A DNA stretch of 50,516 nucleotides from Chiloscyllium plagiosum (Eukaryota), in NCBI RefSeq assembly GCF_004010195.1, contig NC_057754.1:7300871-7351386 (forward strand), read 5' to 3'. Both the position numbers and the translations under genes were made by a program. Every line of letters begins with the position of its first letter. The first letter of the stretch is position 1. Of the stretch, positions 34,092 through 46,476 are shown piece by piece. The notes under the pieces are model-generated. The model saw only the letters and a list, made by a program, of their open reading frames with translations, ran no database searches and was not told where the DNA came from.

Positions 34092-37000
34092 TCTCCATCC
34101 CTCACCGTGTGCTCCAACCCTCACCACATCCTCCATCCCTCACCGCGTCCTCCATCCCTCACCGTGTCCTCCATCCCTCACCACATCCTCCATCCCTCAC
34201 CGCGTCCTCCATCCCTCACCATGTCCTCCATCCCTCACCGTATGCTCCATACCTCACCGTGTGCTCCATCCCTCACCATGTGCTCCATCCCTCACCGCGT
34301 GCTCCATCCCTCACCACATCCTCCATCCACCACCGTATGCTCCATACCTCACCGTGTGCTCCATCCCTCACCGTGTGCTCCATCCCTCACCGTGTGCTCC
34401 ATCCCTCACCGCGTGCTCCATCCCTCACCGCGTGCTCCATCCCTCACCGCGTGCTCCATCCCTCACCATGTGCTCCATCCCTCACCGCGTGCTCCATCCC
34501 TTACCATGTGCACCATCCCTCACCGCATGCTCCAACATACACTGCGTGCTCCATCCCTCACCACATCCTCCATCCCTCACCGTGTGCTCCATCCCTCACC
34601 GTGTGCTCCATCCCTCACCAGATCCTTCATCCCTCACCGTGTGCTCCATCCCTCAACGAGTGCTCCCTCCCTCACCGCGTGCTCCATCCCTCACCACATC
34701 TCCATCCCTCACCGTGTGCTCCATCCCTCACCGCGTGCTCCATCCCTCACCATGTCCTCCATCCCTCACTGCATGCTCTATCCCTCACCACGTGCTCCAT
34801 CCCTCACCATGTCCTCCATCCCTCACCGCGTGCTCCATCCCTCACCATGTCCTCCATCCCTCACTGCATGCTCTATCCCTCACCACGTGCTCCATCCCTC
34901 ACCATGTGCTCCATCCCTCACCGTGTCCTCCATCCCTCACCACGTGCTCCATCCCTCACCATGTCCTCCATCCCTCACCATGTCCTCCATCCCTCACCGT
35001 GTGCTCCATCCCTCACCGCGTGCTCCATCCCTCACTGCGTGCTCCATCCCTCACCAAGTGCTCCATCCCTCACCACATCCTCCATCCCTCACCGTGTGCT
35101 CCATCCCTCACCGTGTGTTCCATCCCTCACCGTGTGCTCCATCCCTCACCACATCCTCCATCCCTCACCGTGTGTTTCATCCCTCACCGTGTGTTCCATC
35201 CCTCACCGTGTGTTCCATCCCTCACCGCGTGCTCCATCCCTTACCGTGTCCTCCATCCCTCACCGTGTGCTCCATCCCTCACCGCGTGCTCCATCCCTCA
35301 CCGTGTCCTCCATCCCTCTCTGTGTCTTCCATCCCTCACTGTGTGCTCCATCCCTCACTGTGTCTTCCATCCCTCACCGCGTGCTCCATCCCTCACCACG
35401 TGCTCCATCCCTCACCACGTGCTCCATCTCTCACCATGTGCCCCATCCCTCACCGTGTGCTCCATCCCTCACTGTGTGCTCCATCCCTCACTGTGTGCTC
35501 CATCCCTCACCACGTGCTCCATCCCTCACCACGTGCTCCATCTCTCACCATGTGCCCCATCCCTCACTGTGTGCTCCATCCCTCACCACGTGCTCCATCC
35601 CTCACCGTGTGCTCCATCCCTCACAGAGTGCTCCATCCCTCACCACATGCTCCATCCCTCACCATGTGCTCCATCCCTTACCGTGTGCTCCATCCCTCAC
35701 AGTGTGCTCCATCCCTCACTGCGTGCTCCATCCCTCACTGTGTGCTCCATCCCTCACTGTGTGCTCCATCCCTCACCACGTGCTCCATCCCTCACTGCGT
35801 GCTCCATCTCTCACCGCGTCCTCCATCCCTCACCGTGTCCTCCATCCCTCACCGCGTGCTCCATCCCTCACCGCGTCCTCCATCCCTCACCGTGTCCTCC
35901 ATCCCTCACCATGTGCTCCATCCCTCACCGTGTGCTCCATCTCTCACTGCATGCTCCATCCCTCACCGCGTGCTCCATCCCTCACCACGTGCTCCATCCC
36001 TCACCATGTGCTCCATCCCTCACCGTGTGCTGCACCCCCTCACCGCGTGCTCCATCTCTCACCGCATGCTCCATCCCTCACCGTGTGCTCCATCCCTCAC
36101 CGCGTGCTCCATCCCTCACCACATCCTCCATCCCTCACCATGTGCCCCATCTCTCACCGTGTGCTCCACCCCTCACTGTGTGCTCCATCCCTCACTGTGT
36201 GCTCCATCCCTCACCACATGTTCCATCCCTCACCACATGCTCCATCCCTCACCATGTCCTCCATCCCTCACTGCATGCTCTATCCCTCACCGCGTCCTCT
36301 ATCCCTCACCGCGTCCTCCATCCCTCACCGTGTCCTCCATCCCTCACCGCGTGCTCCATCCCTCACCATGTGCTCCATCCCTCACCACGTGCTCCATCCC
36401 TCACCGCGTGCTCCATCCCTCACCGCGTGATCCATCCCTCACCGAGAGCTCCATCCCTCACCGCGTGATCCATCCCTCACCGCGTGCTCCATCCCTCACC
36501 GTGTGCTCCATCCCTCGCCGTGCGCTCCATCCCTCACCGTGTGCTCCATCCCTCACCGAGTGCTCCATCCCTCACCGAGAGCTCCATCACTCACTGCGTG
36601 CTCTATCCCTCATCACATCTTCCATACTTCACCGCGTGCTCCATCCCTCACCGAGTGCTCCATCCCTCACCGAGAGCTCCACCCCTCACCGCGTGATCCA
36701 TCCCTCACCGTGCGCTCCATCCCTCACCGTGCGCTCCATCCCTCACCGCGTGATCCATCCCTCACCGCGTGATCCATCCCTCACCGTGCGCTCCATCCCT
36801 CACCGTGCGCTCCATCCCTCACCGAGTGCTCCATCCCTCACCGCGTGATCCATCCCTCACCGCGTGATCCATCCCTCACCGTGCGCTCCATCCCTCACCG
36901 TGCGCTCCATCCCTCACCGAGTGCTCCATCCCTCACCGAGTGCTCCATCCCTCACCGCGTGATCCATCCCTCACCGCGTGATCCATCCCTCACCGCGTGA

Positions 37001-39379
37001 TCCATCCCTCACCGCGTGATCCATCCCTCACCGCGTGATCCATCCCTCACCGCGTGATCCATCCCTCACCGCGTGATCCATCCCTCACCGCGTGATCCAT
37101 CCCTCACCGCGTGATCCATCCCTCACCGCGTGATCCATCCCTCACCGTGCGCTCCATCCCTCACCGAGTGCTCCATCCCTCACCGAGAGCTCCACCCCTC
37201 ACCGCGTGATCCATCCCTCACCGAGAGCTCCATCACTCACTGCGTGCTCTATCCCTCATCACATCTTCCATACTTCACCGCGTGCTCCATCCCTCACCGA
37301 GTGCTCCATCCCTCACCGCGTGATCCATCCCTCACCGCGTGCTCCATCCCTCACCGAGTGCTCCATCCCTCACCGCGTGATCCATCCCTCACCGCGTGCT
37401 CCATCCCTCACCGAGTGCTCCATCCCTCACCGCGTGATCCATCCCTCACCGCGTGCTCCATCCCTCACCGAGTGCTCCATCCCTCACCGAGAGCTCCACC
37501 CCTCACCGCGTGATCCATCCCTCACCGTGCGCTCCATCCCTCACCGAGTGCTCCATCCCTCACCGCGTGATCCATCCCTCACCGTGCGCTCCATCCCTCA
37601 CCGAGTGCTCCATCCCTCACCGCGTGATCCATCCCTCACCGTGCGCTCCATCCCTCACCGAGTGCTCCATCCCTCACCGCGTGATCCATCCCTCACCGTG
37701 CGCTCCATCCCTCACCGAGTGCTCCATCCCTCACCGCGTGATCCATCCCTCACCGTGCGCTCCATCCCTCACCGAGTGCTCCATCCCTCACCGAGAGCTC
37801 CACCCCTCACCGCGTGATCCATCCCTCACCGTGCGCTCCATCCCTCACCGAGTGCTCCATCCCTCACCGCGTGATCCATCCCTCACCGTGCGCTCCATCC
37901 CTCACCGAGTGCTCCATCCCTCACCGCGTGATCCATCCCTCACCGTGCGCTCCATCCCTCACCGAGTGCTCCATCCCTCACCGCGTGATCCATCCCTCAC
38001 CGTGCGCTCCATCCCTCACCGAGTGCTCCATCCCTCACCGCGTGATCCATCCCTCACCGTGCGCTCCATCCCTCACCGAGTGCTCCATCCCTCACCGAGA
38101 GCTCCACCCCTCACCGCGTGATCCATCCCTCACCGTGCGCTCCATCCCTCACCGAGTGCTCCATCCCTCACCGCGTGATCCATCCCTCACCGTGCGCTCC
38201 ATCCCTCACCGAGTGCTCCATCCCTCACCGCGTGATCCATCCCTCACCGTGCGCTCCATCCCTCACCGAGTGCTCCATCCCTCACCGCGTGATCCATCCC
38301 TCACCGTGCGCTCCATCCCTCACCGAGTGCTCCATCCCTCACCGCGTGATCCATCCCTCACCGTGCGCTCCATCCCTCACCGAGTGCTCCATCCCTCACC
38401 GAGAGCTCCACCCCTCACCGCGTGATCCATCCCTCACCGTGCGCTCCATCCCTCACCGAGTGCTCCATCCCTCACCGCGTGATCCATCCCTCACCGTGCG
38501 CTCCATCCCTCACCGAGTGCTCCATCCCTCACCGCGTGATCCATCCCTCACCGTGCGCTCCATCCCTCACCGAGTGCTCCATCCCTCACCGCGTGATCCA
38601 TCCCTCACCGTGCGCTCCATCCCTCACCGAGTGCTCCATCCCTCACCGCGTGATCCATCCCTCACCGTGCGCTCCATCCCTCACCGAGTGCTCCATCCCT
38701 CACCGAGAGCTCCACCCCTCACCGCGTGATCCATCCCTCACCGTGCGCTCCATCCCTCACCGAGTGCTCCATCCCTCACCGCGTGATCCATCCCTCACCG
38801 TGCGCTCCATCCCTCACCGAGTGCTCCATCCCTCACCGCGTGATCCATCCCTCACCGTGCGCTCCATCCCTCACCGAGTGCTCCATCCCTCACCGCGTGA
38901 TCCATCCCTCACCGTGCGCTCCATCCCTCACCGAGTGCTCCATCCCTCACCGCGTGATCCATCCCGTGTCCTCCATCCCTCACCACATCCTCCATCCCTT
39001 ACCGTGTCCTCCATCCCTCACCACATCCTCCATCCCTCTCCATGTGTTCCATCCCTCACCGTGTCCTCCATCCCTCACTGCGTGCTCCATCCCTCACTAC
39101 ATCCTCCAACCCTCACCACATCCTCCATCCCTTACCGTGTCCTCCATCCCTCACCACATCCTCCATCCCTTACCGTGTCCTCCATCCCTCACCACATCCT
39201 CCATCCCTCTCCATGTGTTCCATCCCTCACCGTGTCCTCCATCCCTCACCGCGTGCTCCATCCCTCACCACATCCTCCATCCCTCACCATGTGCTCCCTC
39301 TCTCACCGCGTGCTCCATCCCTCACCACATCCTCCATCCCTCTCCTTGTGCTCCATCCCTCTCCTTGTGCTCCATCCCT
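34092..39379. repeat. 19-bp satellite (CCATCCCTCACCGYGTGCT), about 5.3 kb, with internal higher-order repeats
   Basis: Continuous 19-bp periodicity; the marker variant gagagctccacccctcac occurs at 37185, 37489, 37793, 38097, 38401 and 38705 (304-bp spacing). Confidence 0.97.
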
Positions 39380-39523
39380 TGTATTTGGCCTGTAGGACTC
39401 TTGCCCACATTGCTTTGCTTTGATTATTGCATTGAAAACAGGGGTGTTTCCCCTTGACAGACCCAAGACAAGCTCAAAGAGCTGGAATAATCTCCAGAGC
39501 TGTGATGAGCCTCTCTCCGGCTG

Positions 39524-39701
39524 GGTGCCTCGGATCAGAGGGGATCGAACCCATGACCTTTCCCAACTTGAAGCTCCAGTTATTGTGCAGACAAGATTGT
39601 AATGTTACATTCAGGTTGTCACAGGTCAGAGGGATTGAGTATCCAAAATGTCAGGTTTTTTTCAATGTAGTTTCTAATAAACTTTGCAAGCACGATGTAC
39701 A
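39524..39701 (+). repeat. 178-bp direct repeat, copy 1
   Basis: Matches 40581-40758 with 5 mismatches counted by eye. Confidence 0.92.
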
Positions 39702-40580
39702 CGTGTTCTGGGGTGAATGATGCAATGCCTTTCAAATAAAGTACATTAAAGCCCTGTGAATTATCCTGATTACCAGAGGATCTGATCTCTTTTTGCAGTG
39801 CTTTGTTTCCATTCCATTTGCTATTTGCCAGGAGGCAGTCGAAATAGCAGCTTCAGTCTGTCTCTCGAACGATTAAGTCAGCGAGTATCAACTTGCTATC
39901 ACATTCAGGCTTCCACGATTCACTGTGGCATTGAAAATGTTCATTGTTCTACAAAATGTTGACTCCTGTCATAAGTTCTGCTCAATATGTTTGGAAATGT
40001 AATAACTGTGGTTTAAAGTTGTTAAATGGGATTGCCAGCAGCCTTGGGTAATGTTTTATTACTCTCTGACTGTCAAACATGTTTGATGTTGAAGATGCAG
40101 GGTGCACTCCAGTAGGTAATTTCAATGTCACCATCTCACAGCCAAGTTCCATCTTAGTATGTACTTATCCAATTCCCCCAGTGCTTCACTCTCACCAGGG
40201 GGCAGAAGGTTGGCTGATTTATTAATCAATCTCTCTCACTATCTCTGACATAGGGGGCTGAATTCCCACCCAACCACCAATCTCTCGGTCCCTGTGACCC
40301 TTGGGGAAGACAGCCTGGCTCCTGTCTACTTTATCTCTCTCTCTCTCTCTCTCTTTCTTTCTGTGACACTGGAAACAGAGACTGACTAAATTCTATCCCT
40401 TCCCCCAACCTCCCGGTCCTGCTGTATCTGTCCCTGACTATCCCCCTCTCTCTGTGACCCAGCAACACTGGGGAGCAGGACCCTGACTGGATCCAAGCCT
40501 CACTCTCCCTCTCCCCATATCGCCGAAGTATCCTGAGGCTATTTCAACTGTTGATCTAGCAAACCTGACGTAGGTCAGTA

Positions 40581-40758
40581 GGTGCCCCGGATCAGAGGGG
40601 ATCGAACCCATGACCTTTCCCAACTTGAAGCTCCAGTTATTGTTCAGACAAGATTGTAATGTTACATTCAAGTTGTCACAGGTCAGAGGGATTGAGTATC
40701 CAAAATGTCAGGTTTTTTTCAATGTAGTTTCCAATAAACTTTGCGAGCACGATGTACA
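40581..40758 (+). repeat. 178-bp direct repeat, copy 2
   Basis: Matches 39524-39701 (offset 1057). Confidence 0.92.
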
Positions 40759-41396
40759 GTGTTATGTGTAGTGATACCTCTCTACATTGTCGTCCAGTTT
40801 ACCGTCCACACAACTGAAAACATTTCGAGCAGCTCTGCATTTCAGAGGGTCCTTTCTGCCTGTCCAACAGTGTGTGATGGAACCACTCCACATTAGCTTC
40901 CGTTTGCCCTCGCCATACTCAGGGCCGAATCTTTCAAACCCATGAACAAAGTGGCCGCTAGTGAGTCGGTTGTGAAAAGGTGGCGAGATTGGAAAAGTGA
41001 GAGTCCTGATGGTGGGAAAGAGACGTTTGATTTGACAACCCAAGTTGGGGTGAGAATCTCACCTGTGAGCAGCAAGAGGCTTGTCTATATCCATCTTCGT
41101 GCATTAACCTAAACTTACATCATCAATATGCAGTTTCCCATTCTCCCTTCCATCTGATAGAAACCAGACAAGCAATAATTCACACATCTCCGATCCAGAT
41201 ACGATGCCCGAGTAAATAAAGGGTGACTTGGTGATGGGATACAGGCCTCTGTGCAGTTATTTCAGTGTCAATGGGAGAAAACAATATGTACCTGAAGATC
41301 ATTCGCTCGTAGCAGTCATCTTGGAGTTGGCATTTCTGGCATCACGCCTTTATTTGGAAAACTTGACTCATTTGCTGTTGAAAACTTGACTCATTT

Positions 41397-41456
41397 GCTT
41401 CTCCAGCAACACATTTCCATCTCTGATCTCCAACATCTGCAGACCTCATTTTCTCT
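41397..41456 (+). mobile_element. PLE family-A tail fragment inserted in gag
   Basis: ccagcaacacatttccatctctgatctccaacatctgcagacctcattttctc, with adjacent duplication of gaaaacttgactcatttgct. Confidence 0.7.
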
Positions 41457-42680
41457 TCTGTTGAAGACTGGGCCCAATATGTGGAAAGGATGTGGGTTTC
41501 TTTCCAGGCAAATGATATTGGGGTAGGAAAAAAAGCAATGAGTAATCCTTCAGACTGCTTGTGGATCTGCAGCATTTTTGGTTATAAGGGGCTTAACTTT
41601 CCCAGAGGCACCAGACACTAAAACCTTCTAAGAGTTGACGAATTTGGTTAAGGAATATTACGGCCCCAAACCTCCTCTAATCCTGAGACACCATCGGTTT
41701 TATTCAGCTGTTAGAGAATCGGGGGAATCTGTTTTGGGTTTTTTTGGTGAGGTTGAGATGACTGGCAGAGGCATGTGACTTTGGGTTAGCCCTGAATGAG
41801 ATGCTGAGAGACGGTTTGGTATGTGAGATTAATGACGTAACCATACAGAAGCGGCTACCAGCTGAGGCTCAACTGGACTTCAGACAGGCACTACGGCTGG
41901 CTTTGTCCTTAGAAGATGTGGCAAGTGGAACATGGGAACTATTGGGCATCTCAATGGAAGTGGACACCCTCACCCTGTCCGACTGAGCTTGAGGAACACC
42001 ACTTGAGTGTAGGCAAACCCAGAGCCTCAGGCAGGACGTATCCTGAGCAGAGGGACCCTAGGCCAACCCACAGCAGATACCTCACAACAAATCCAAGCCT
42101 CAGTCAAGTGGCTAAAAAGTTCTTCAGCATCTGGACCACAAGTCATTGTAGGTGCTGACTCGGGACAGTAAAGGAGTCCTACAAGCCCTGACTTGAGTAA
42201 GAAATGTCCTGTTTTGAAGACATGGCTTTGCCACCCACAGCTTCCTAGAACTCATCATTGGGCCCTTATTCTCAGCTTGTACAAGTGTAAGCTAGAACAT
42301 CGTCCAGGAATCCAAGTGGCTAATGCAGAAGCCTTGAACCACCTCCCACTGACAGATACTCCACCGGTGGTGCCTCCCTTGGAAGAGTCCATTTTGGCTT
42401 TAAACCTCTTGACAGCTTTCCAGTCACCGCTGACGATATCTGACTGTGGATACACAAACATCATGTCCTAGCAAAGCTAAAGCAGCTGATGGTATTCAGG
42501 AAAAGAGAAGGGCCATCACAACCAGGACTGAAACCTTTTGGAGCACACAACACCAGATCACTGTAGAGGACGGCGTATGACTATGGGGAGCACGAGTGAT
42601 TAAAGGTCACCATGAGATACCAGGGTCTCCCAAGATGAAGATGCTAGCAAGAAGCTATGGGTCTGGTGGCCAGGGTTTGA

Positions 42681-42961
42681 TTAGATTAGATTACTTACTC
42701 CGACCGAGCCGCCAAAGCGTAACCCACCCAGACCCATTCCCCTACATTTACTCCTTCACCTAACACTACAGGCAATTTAGCATGGCCAATTCACCTAACC
42801 TGCACATTTTTTTGGATTGTGGGAGGAAACCGGAGCACCCGGAGGAAACCCACACAGACACGGGGTAGAATGTGCAAACTCCACACAGAGAGTCGCCTGA
42901 GGCAGGTATTGAACCCGGGTCTCTGGCGCTGTAAGGCAGCAGTGCTAACCACTGTGCCGCC
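42681..42961 (-). mobile_element. HE1/V-SINE inserted in the Gypsy integrase
   Basis: Reverse complement: GCGGCACAGTGGTTAGCACTGCTGCC...GGGTTCAATACC, V domain, (ttaga)n tail. Confidence 0.92.
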
Positions 42962-44391
42962 GACATCATTGCATTGGTGGAGCAATGCCCCAGTGTGCCA
43001 AGGTGGACAAACATTATCACCAGCAGCACCTCCACATTCGGTGGGACTGGCTGGGTAAACCCTGGACCCAGTCGCGTGTCGATCGTGCGGATCCATTCAT
43101 GGGCTCAATGTTCCTGGTCATTGTGCAGGCCCAATCTAAGTGGTTGGATGTGCATAAAGTTCGTTCTGCAAACTCAGGGATGATTGAGAAGCTTCGAGCA
43201 TTGTTTGTGAAGCGTGGACTCTTGGGAAACATGGACGTCATTTACCAGCAGGGAATTTGAATATTTCCTGAAGTCAAATGATGTTCAGTACATAAGGACA
43301 GCTCCATACCATCCATCATCCAATGGTAAAGCAGAAAGAGTGGTCGAAATGTTGAAGGTAGGCTTAAAGAAGCACCCTACAGCGTCACTGGATATCAAAC
43401 TGTTCCCATTCCTGTTTAACTATCGGATCACCCTGTACGGAACCACAGGGATAGCTCTAGAAGAGTTGCTAATGGGGACAAGACTCTGTACCAGATTAAG
43501 CCTGATATTCCCAAACCCTGTGGTGGGGAGGGAGGGAGGGCAGTAGGAATGCCTACATGCCTCCTGTAAGCAAGAGAGGCAATTTAATGCAGGGGCTGAG
43601 GTTTGGTGCCGGAACCATGGAAATGGTCCTGTATGGGTATGAGACCAGGTCGATGCGAGGTCAGGTCCCATGACTTACAAAGTTCGGGTAGTCCTGAACA
43701 AACACATGGATCACCTGAACGCTGTTACCTCACAAACGGGGTAGGGACAAAACATATGTGGCCCCTCAGAACAGCCAGAAGGTCAGTCAGAAACAGTAAG
43801 TAACCTCCTCCCATCTAGTGTCGAGGACACCTCAGAGTCCGAGATGGATGCAGCCGCGAGACCGTTACCGCCGGAAGGAGACGAGGAAACTCTCCCGAGA
43901 TGCTCCGGACGCAAGAGACGGGCTATGGTCAGGCACACGCTGCCTGTGTCAGAGTCCCAGTCAGAGGAACCTGACCCAGGGGCAAACACATCGCAGGAAA
44001 AGCTACAAGAGAAAGACCAGGCCAACATCCCCGCACTTGGGAAGGAGGGCGGAGGGACATCGTGATGGGAACCAGCTGGGTCATGTGGACTACAAGCTCC
44101 TTGATTGGGGTCGGTGATCTAGACCAGTCAGGAAAGCCCTGGCTGACCAATATTAACAGGAGTCAGTGTACAGTGCCCAAGTAAATAAAGGGTGACCTGG
44201 TGATGGAATACTAGCCTCCAAGCAGTTATTTCAACACTAAAACCATGCAGACCCTCCCAGTGCAGAACTGCGCTAAGTGAGTATAAGCCAATTCTCTCTC
44301 CCCTCCAATTCCAGTTTTAAAATCTCAACCCTACAACTCCACAAGAGGGTGCTATCGAGCACACTCACTCCAGTATGTTTCTCTGACAAGT

Positions 44392-44584
44392 CATGATTTG
44401 GAGATGCTGGTGTTGGACTGGGGTGGACAAAGTTAAAAATCACACAACACAAGTTTATAGTCCAGCAGGTTTAATTGGAAGCACAATTAAACATCCTGTG
44501 TCACCTGATGAAGGAGCGTCGCTCCGAAAGCTAGTGCTTCCAATTAAACCTGCTGGACTATAACCTGGTGTTGTGTGATTTATA
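44392..44584. mobile_element. Hairpin-shaped PLE-derived mini-element with 12-bp TSD
   Basis: Arms at about 44438-44484 and 44534-44580 are near-perfect inverted repeats; TSD tctctgacaagt at 44380-44391 and 44585-44596. Confidence 0.8.
44502..44536 (+). ncRNA. Minimal type-I hammerhead ribozyme, family B, intact core
   Basis: cac CUGAUGA A GGAGC-guc-GCUCC GAAA GC UA gug: stem I cac/gug, 5-bp stem II, palindromic AGCU in place of stem III. Confidence 0.8.
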
Positions 44585-46357
44585 TCTCTGACAAGTGTTT
44601 TAATTGTCTGTGGCCTTTTAAAGCATACTTATTTAAGAATTCAACAAAAAACATATTGGGCTCAAAGTGTTAACCCACTTTGTTACTCTCTGCCATAGTT
44701 TTGTTTTTGTTTCTTCAAGCTTTTTCCCATCACTGCACAGACTATTTCTTTAACAGGAGTGAACTTTTCACTTTTAAGTTTGGGAATTGATACAGGGCTA
44801 TGGGGAGAGAGCAGGGCAGTGGGATTAGTTTGGGGATTGATACAGGGCTATGGGGAGAGAGCAGGGCAGTCGGATTAGGTTGGGATTGATACAGGGCTAT
44901 GGGGAGAGAGCAGGGCAGCGGATTAGTTTGGGATTGATACAGGGCTATGGGGAGAGAGCAGGGCAGCGGATTAGTTTGGGAATTGATACAGGGCTATGGG
45001 GAGAGAGCAGGGCAGTGGGATTAGTTTGGGAATTGATACAGGGCTATGGGGAGAGAGCAGGGCAGCGGATTAGTTTGGGAATTGATACAGGGCTATGGGG
45101 AGAGAGCAGGGCAGCGGATTAGTTTGGGAATTGATACAGGGCTATGGGGAGAGAGCAGGGCAGCGGATTAGTTTGGGAATTGATACAGGGCTATGGGGAG
45201 AGAGCAGGGCAGCGGATTAGTTTGGGAATTGATACAGGGCTATGGGGAGAGAGCAGGGCAGCGGATTAGTTTGGGATTGATACAGGGCTATGGGGAGAGA
45301 GCAGGGCAGCGGATTAGTTTGGGAATTGATACAGGGCTATGGGGAGAGAGCAGGGCAGCGGATTAGTTTGGGAATTGATACAGGGCTATGGGGAGAGAGC
45401 AGGGCAGCGGATTAGTTTGGGAATTGATACAGGGCTATGGGGAGAGAGCAGGGCAGCGGATTAGTTTGGGAATTGATACAGGGCTATGGGGAGAGAGCAG
45501 GGCAGCGGATTAGTTTGGGAATTGATACAGGGCTATGGGGAGAGAGCAGGGCAGCGGATTAGTTTGGGAATTGATACAGGGCTATGGGGAGAGAGCAGGG
45601 CAGCGGATTAGTTTGGGAATTGATACAGGGCTATGGGGAGAGAGCAGGGCAGCGGATTAGTTTGGGAATTGATACAGGGCTATGGGGAGAGAGCAGGGCA
45701 GCGGATTAGTTTGGGAATTGATACAGGGCTATGGGGAGAGAGCAGGGCAGCGGATTAGTTTGGGAATTGATACAGGGCTATGGGGAGAGAGCAGGGCAGC
45801 GGATTAGTTTGGGAATTGATACAGGGCTATGGGGAGAGAGCAGGGCAGCGGATTAGTTTGGGAATTGATACAGGGCTATGGGGAGAGAGCAGGGCAGCGG
45901 ATTAGTTTGGGAATTGATACAGGGCTATGGGGAGAGAGCAGGGCAGCGGATTAGTTTGGGAATTGATACAGGGCTATGGGGAGAGAGCAGGGCAGTGGGA
46001 TTAGTTTGGGAATTGATACAAGTTTGGGGATTGATAGAGGGCTATGGGGAGAGAATGGGGCTGTGGGATTAGTTTGGGGATTGATACAGGGCTATGTGGA
46101 GAGAGTGGGACCATGGGATTAGTTTGGGGATTGATACAGGGCTATGGGAAGAGTGGGGCAGTGGGATTAGTTTGAAGATTGATACAGGGCTATGAGGAGA
46201 GAGCGGGGCAGTGGGATTAGTTTGGGGATTGATACAGGGCAATGGGGAGAGAGAGTGGGACCGTGGGATTAGTTTGGGGATTGATACAGGGCTATGGGAG
46301 AGAGTGGGGCAGTGGGACTAGTTTGAAGATTGATACAGGGCTATGGGGAGAGAGTGG

Positions 46358-46476
46358 GAGAAAGTGAGGTCTGCAGATGCAGATTCCTGAAGAAGGGCTT
46401 ATGCCCGAAACGTTGATTCTCCTGCTCCTCGGATGCTGCCTGGCCTGCTGCACTTTTCCAGTACTACACCTTTCAA
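46358..46476. mobile_element. Two-part inverted PLE family-A insertion within the minisatellite
   Basis: gagaaagtgaggtctgcagatgc joined to the opposite-orientation hammerhead and tail. Confidence 0.8.
46383..46418 (+). ncRNA. Minimal type-I hammerhead ribozyme, family A, intact core
   Basis: auuc CUGAAGA A GGGC-uuau-GCCC GAAA CG UU gauu. Confidence 0.68.

Larger units (their letters stand above)
41200..44233 (+). mobile_element. Degenerate, internally deleted Gypsy LTR retrotransposon (Mag/K02A2.6-like)
   Basis: 5' LTR remnant 41200-41264 matches the end of the 3' LTR at 44058-44233 (gtaaataaagggtgac..gcagttatttca). gag: EDWAQYVERM, NEMLRDGLVC. RNase H end: WALILS..KLEHRPG..ANAEAL.HLP. Integrase: KMKMLARS..WWPG, FTSREF, TAPYHPSSNGKAERVV. 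PPT at 44039-44057. Confidence 0.9.

Noticed and set aside
34074..39457. Very long His/Pro/Ser/Cys-rich ORFs (up to 924 aa)
   Set aside because: All three frames are open only because the 19-bp satellite unit lacks stop codons; not a protein gene.
39526..40758. TRIM/LTR-pair interpretation of the 178-bp repeats
   Set aside because: No TSD, primer-binding site or polypurine tract.
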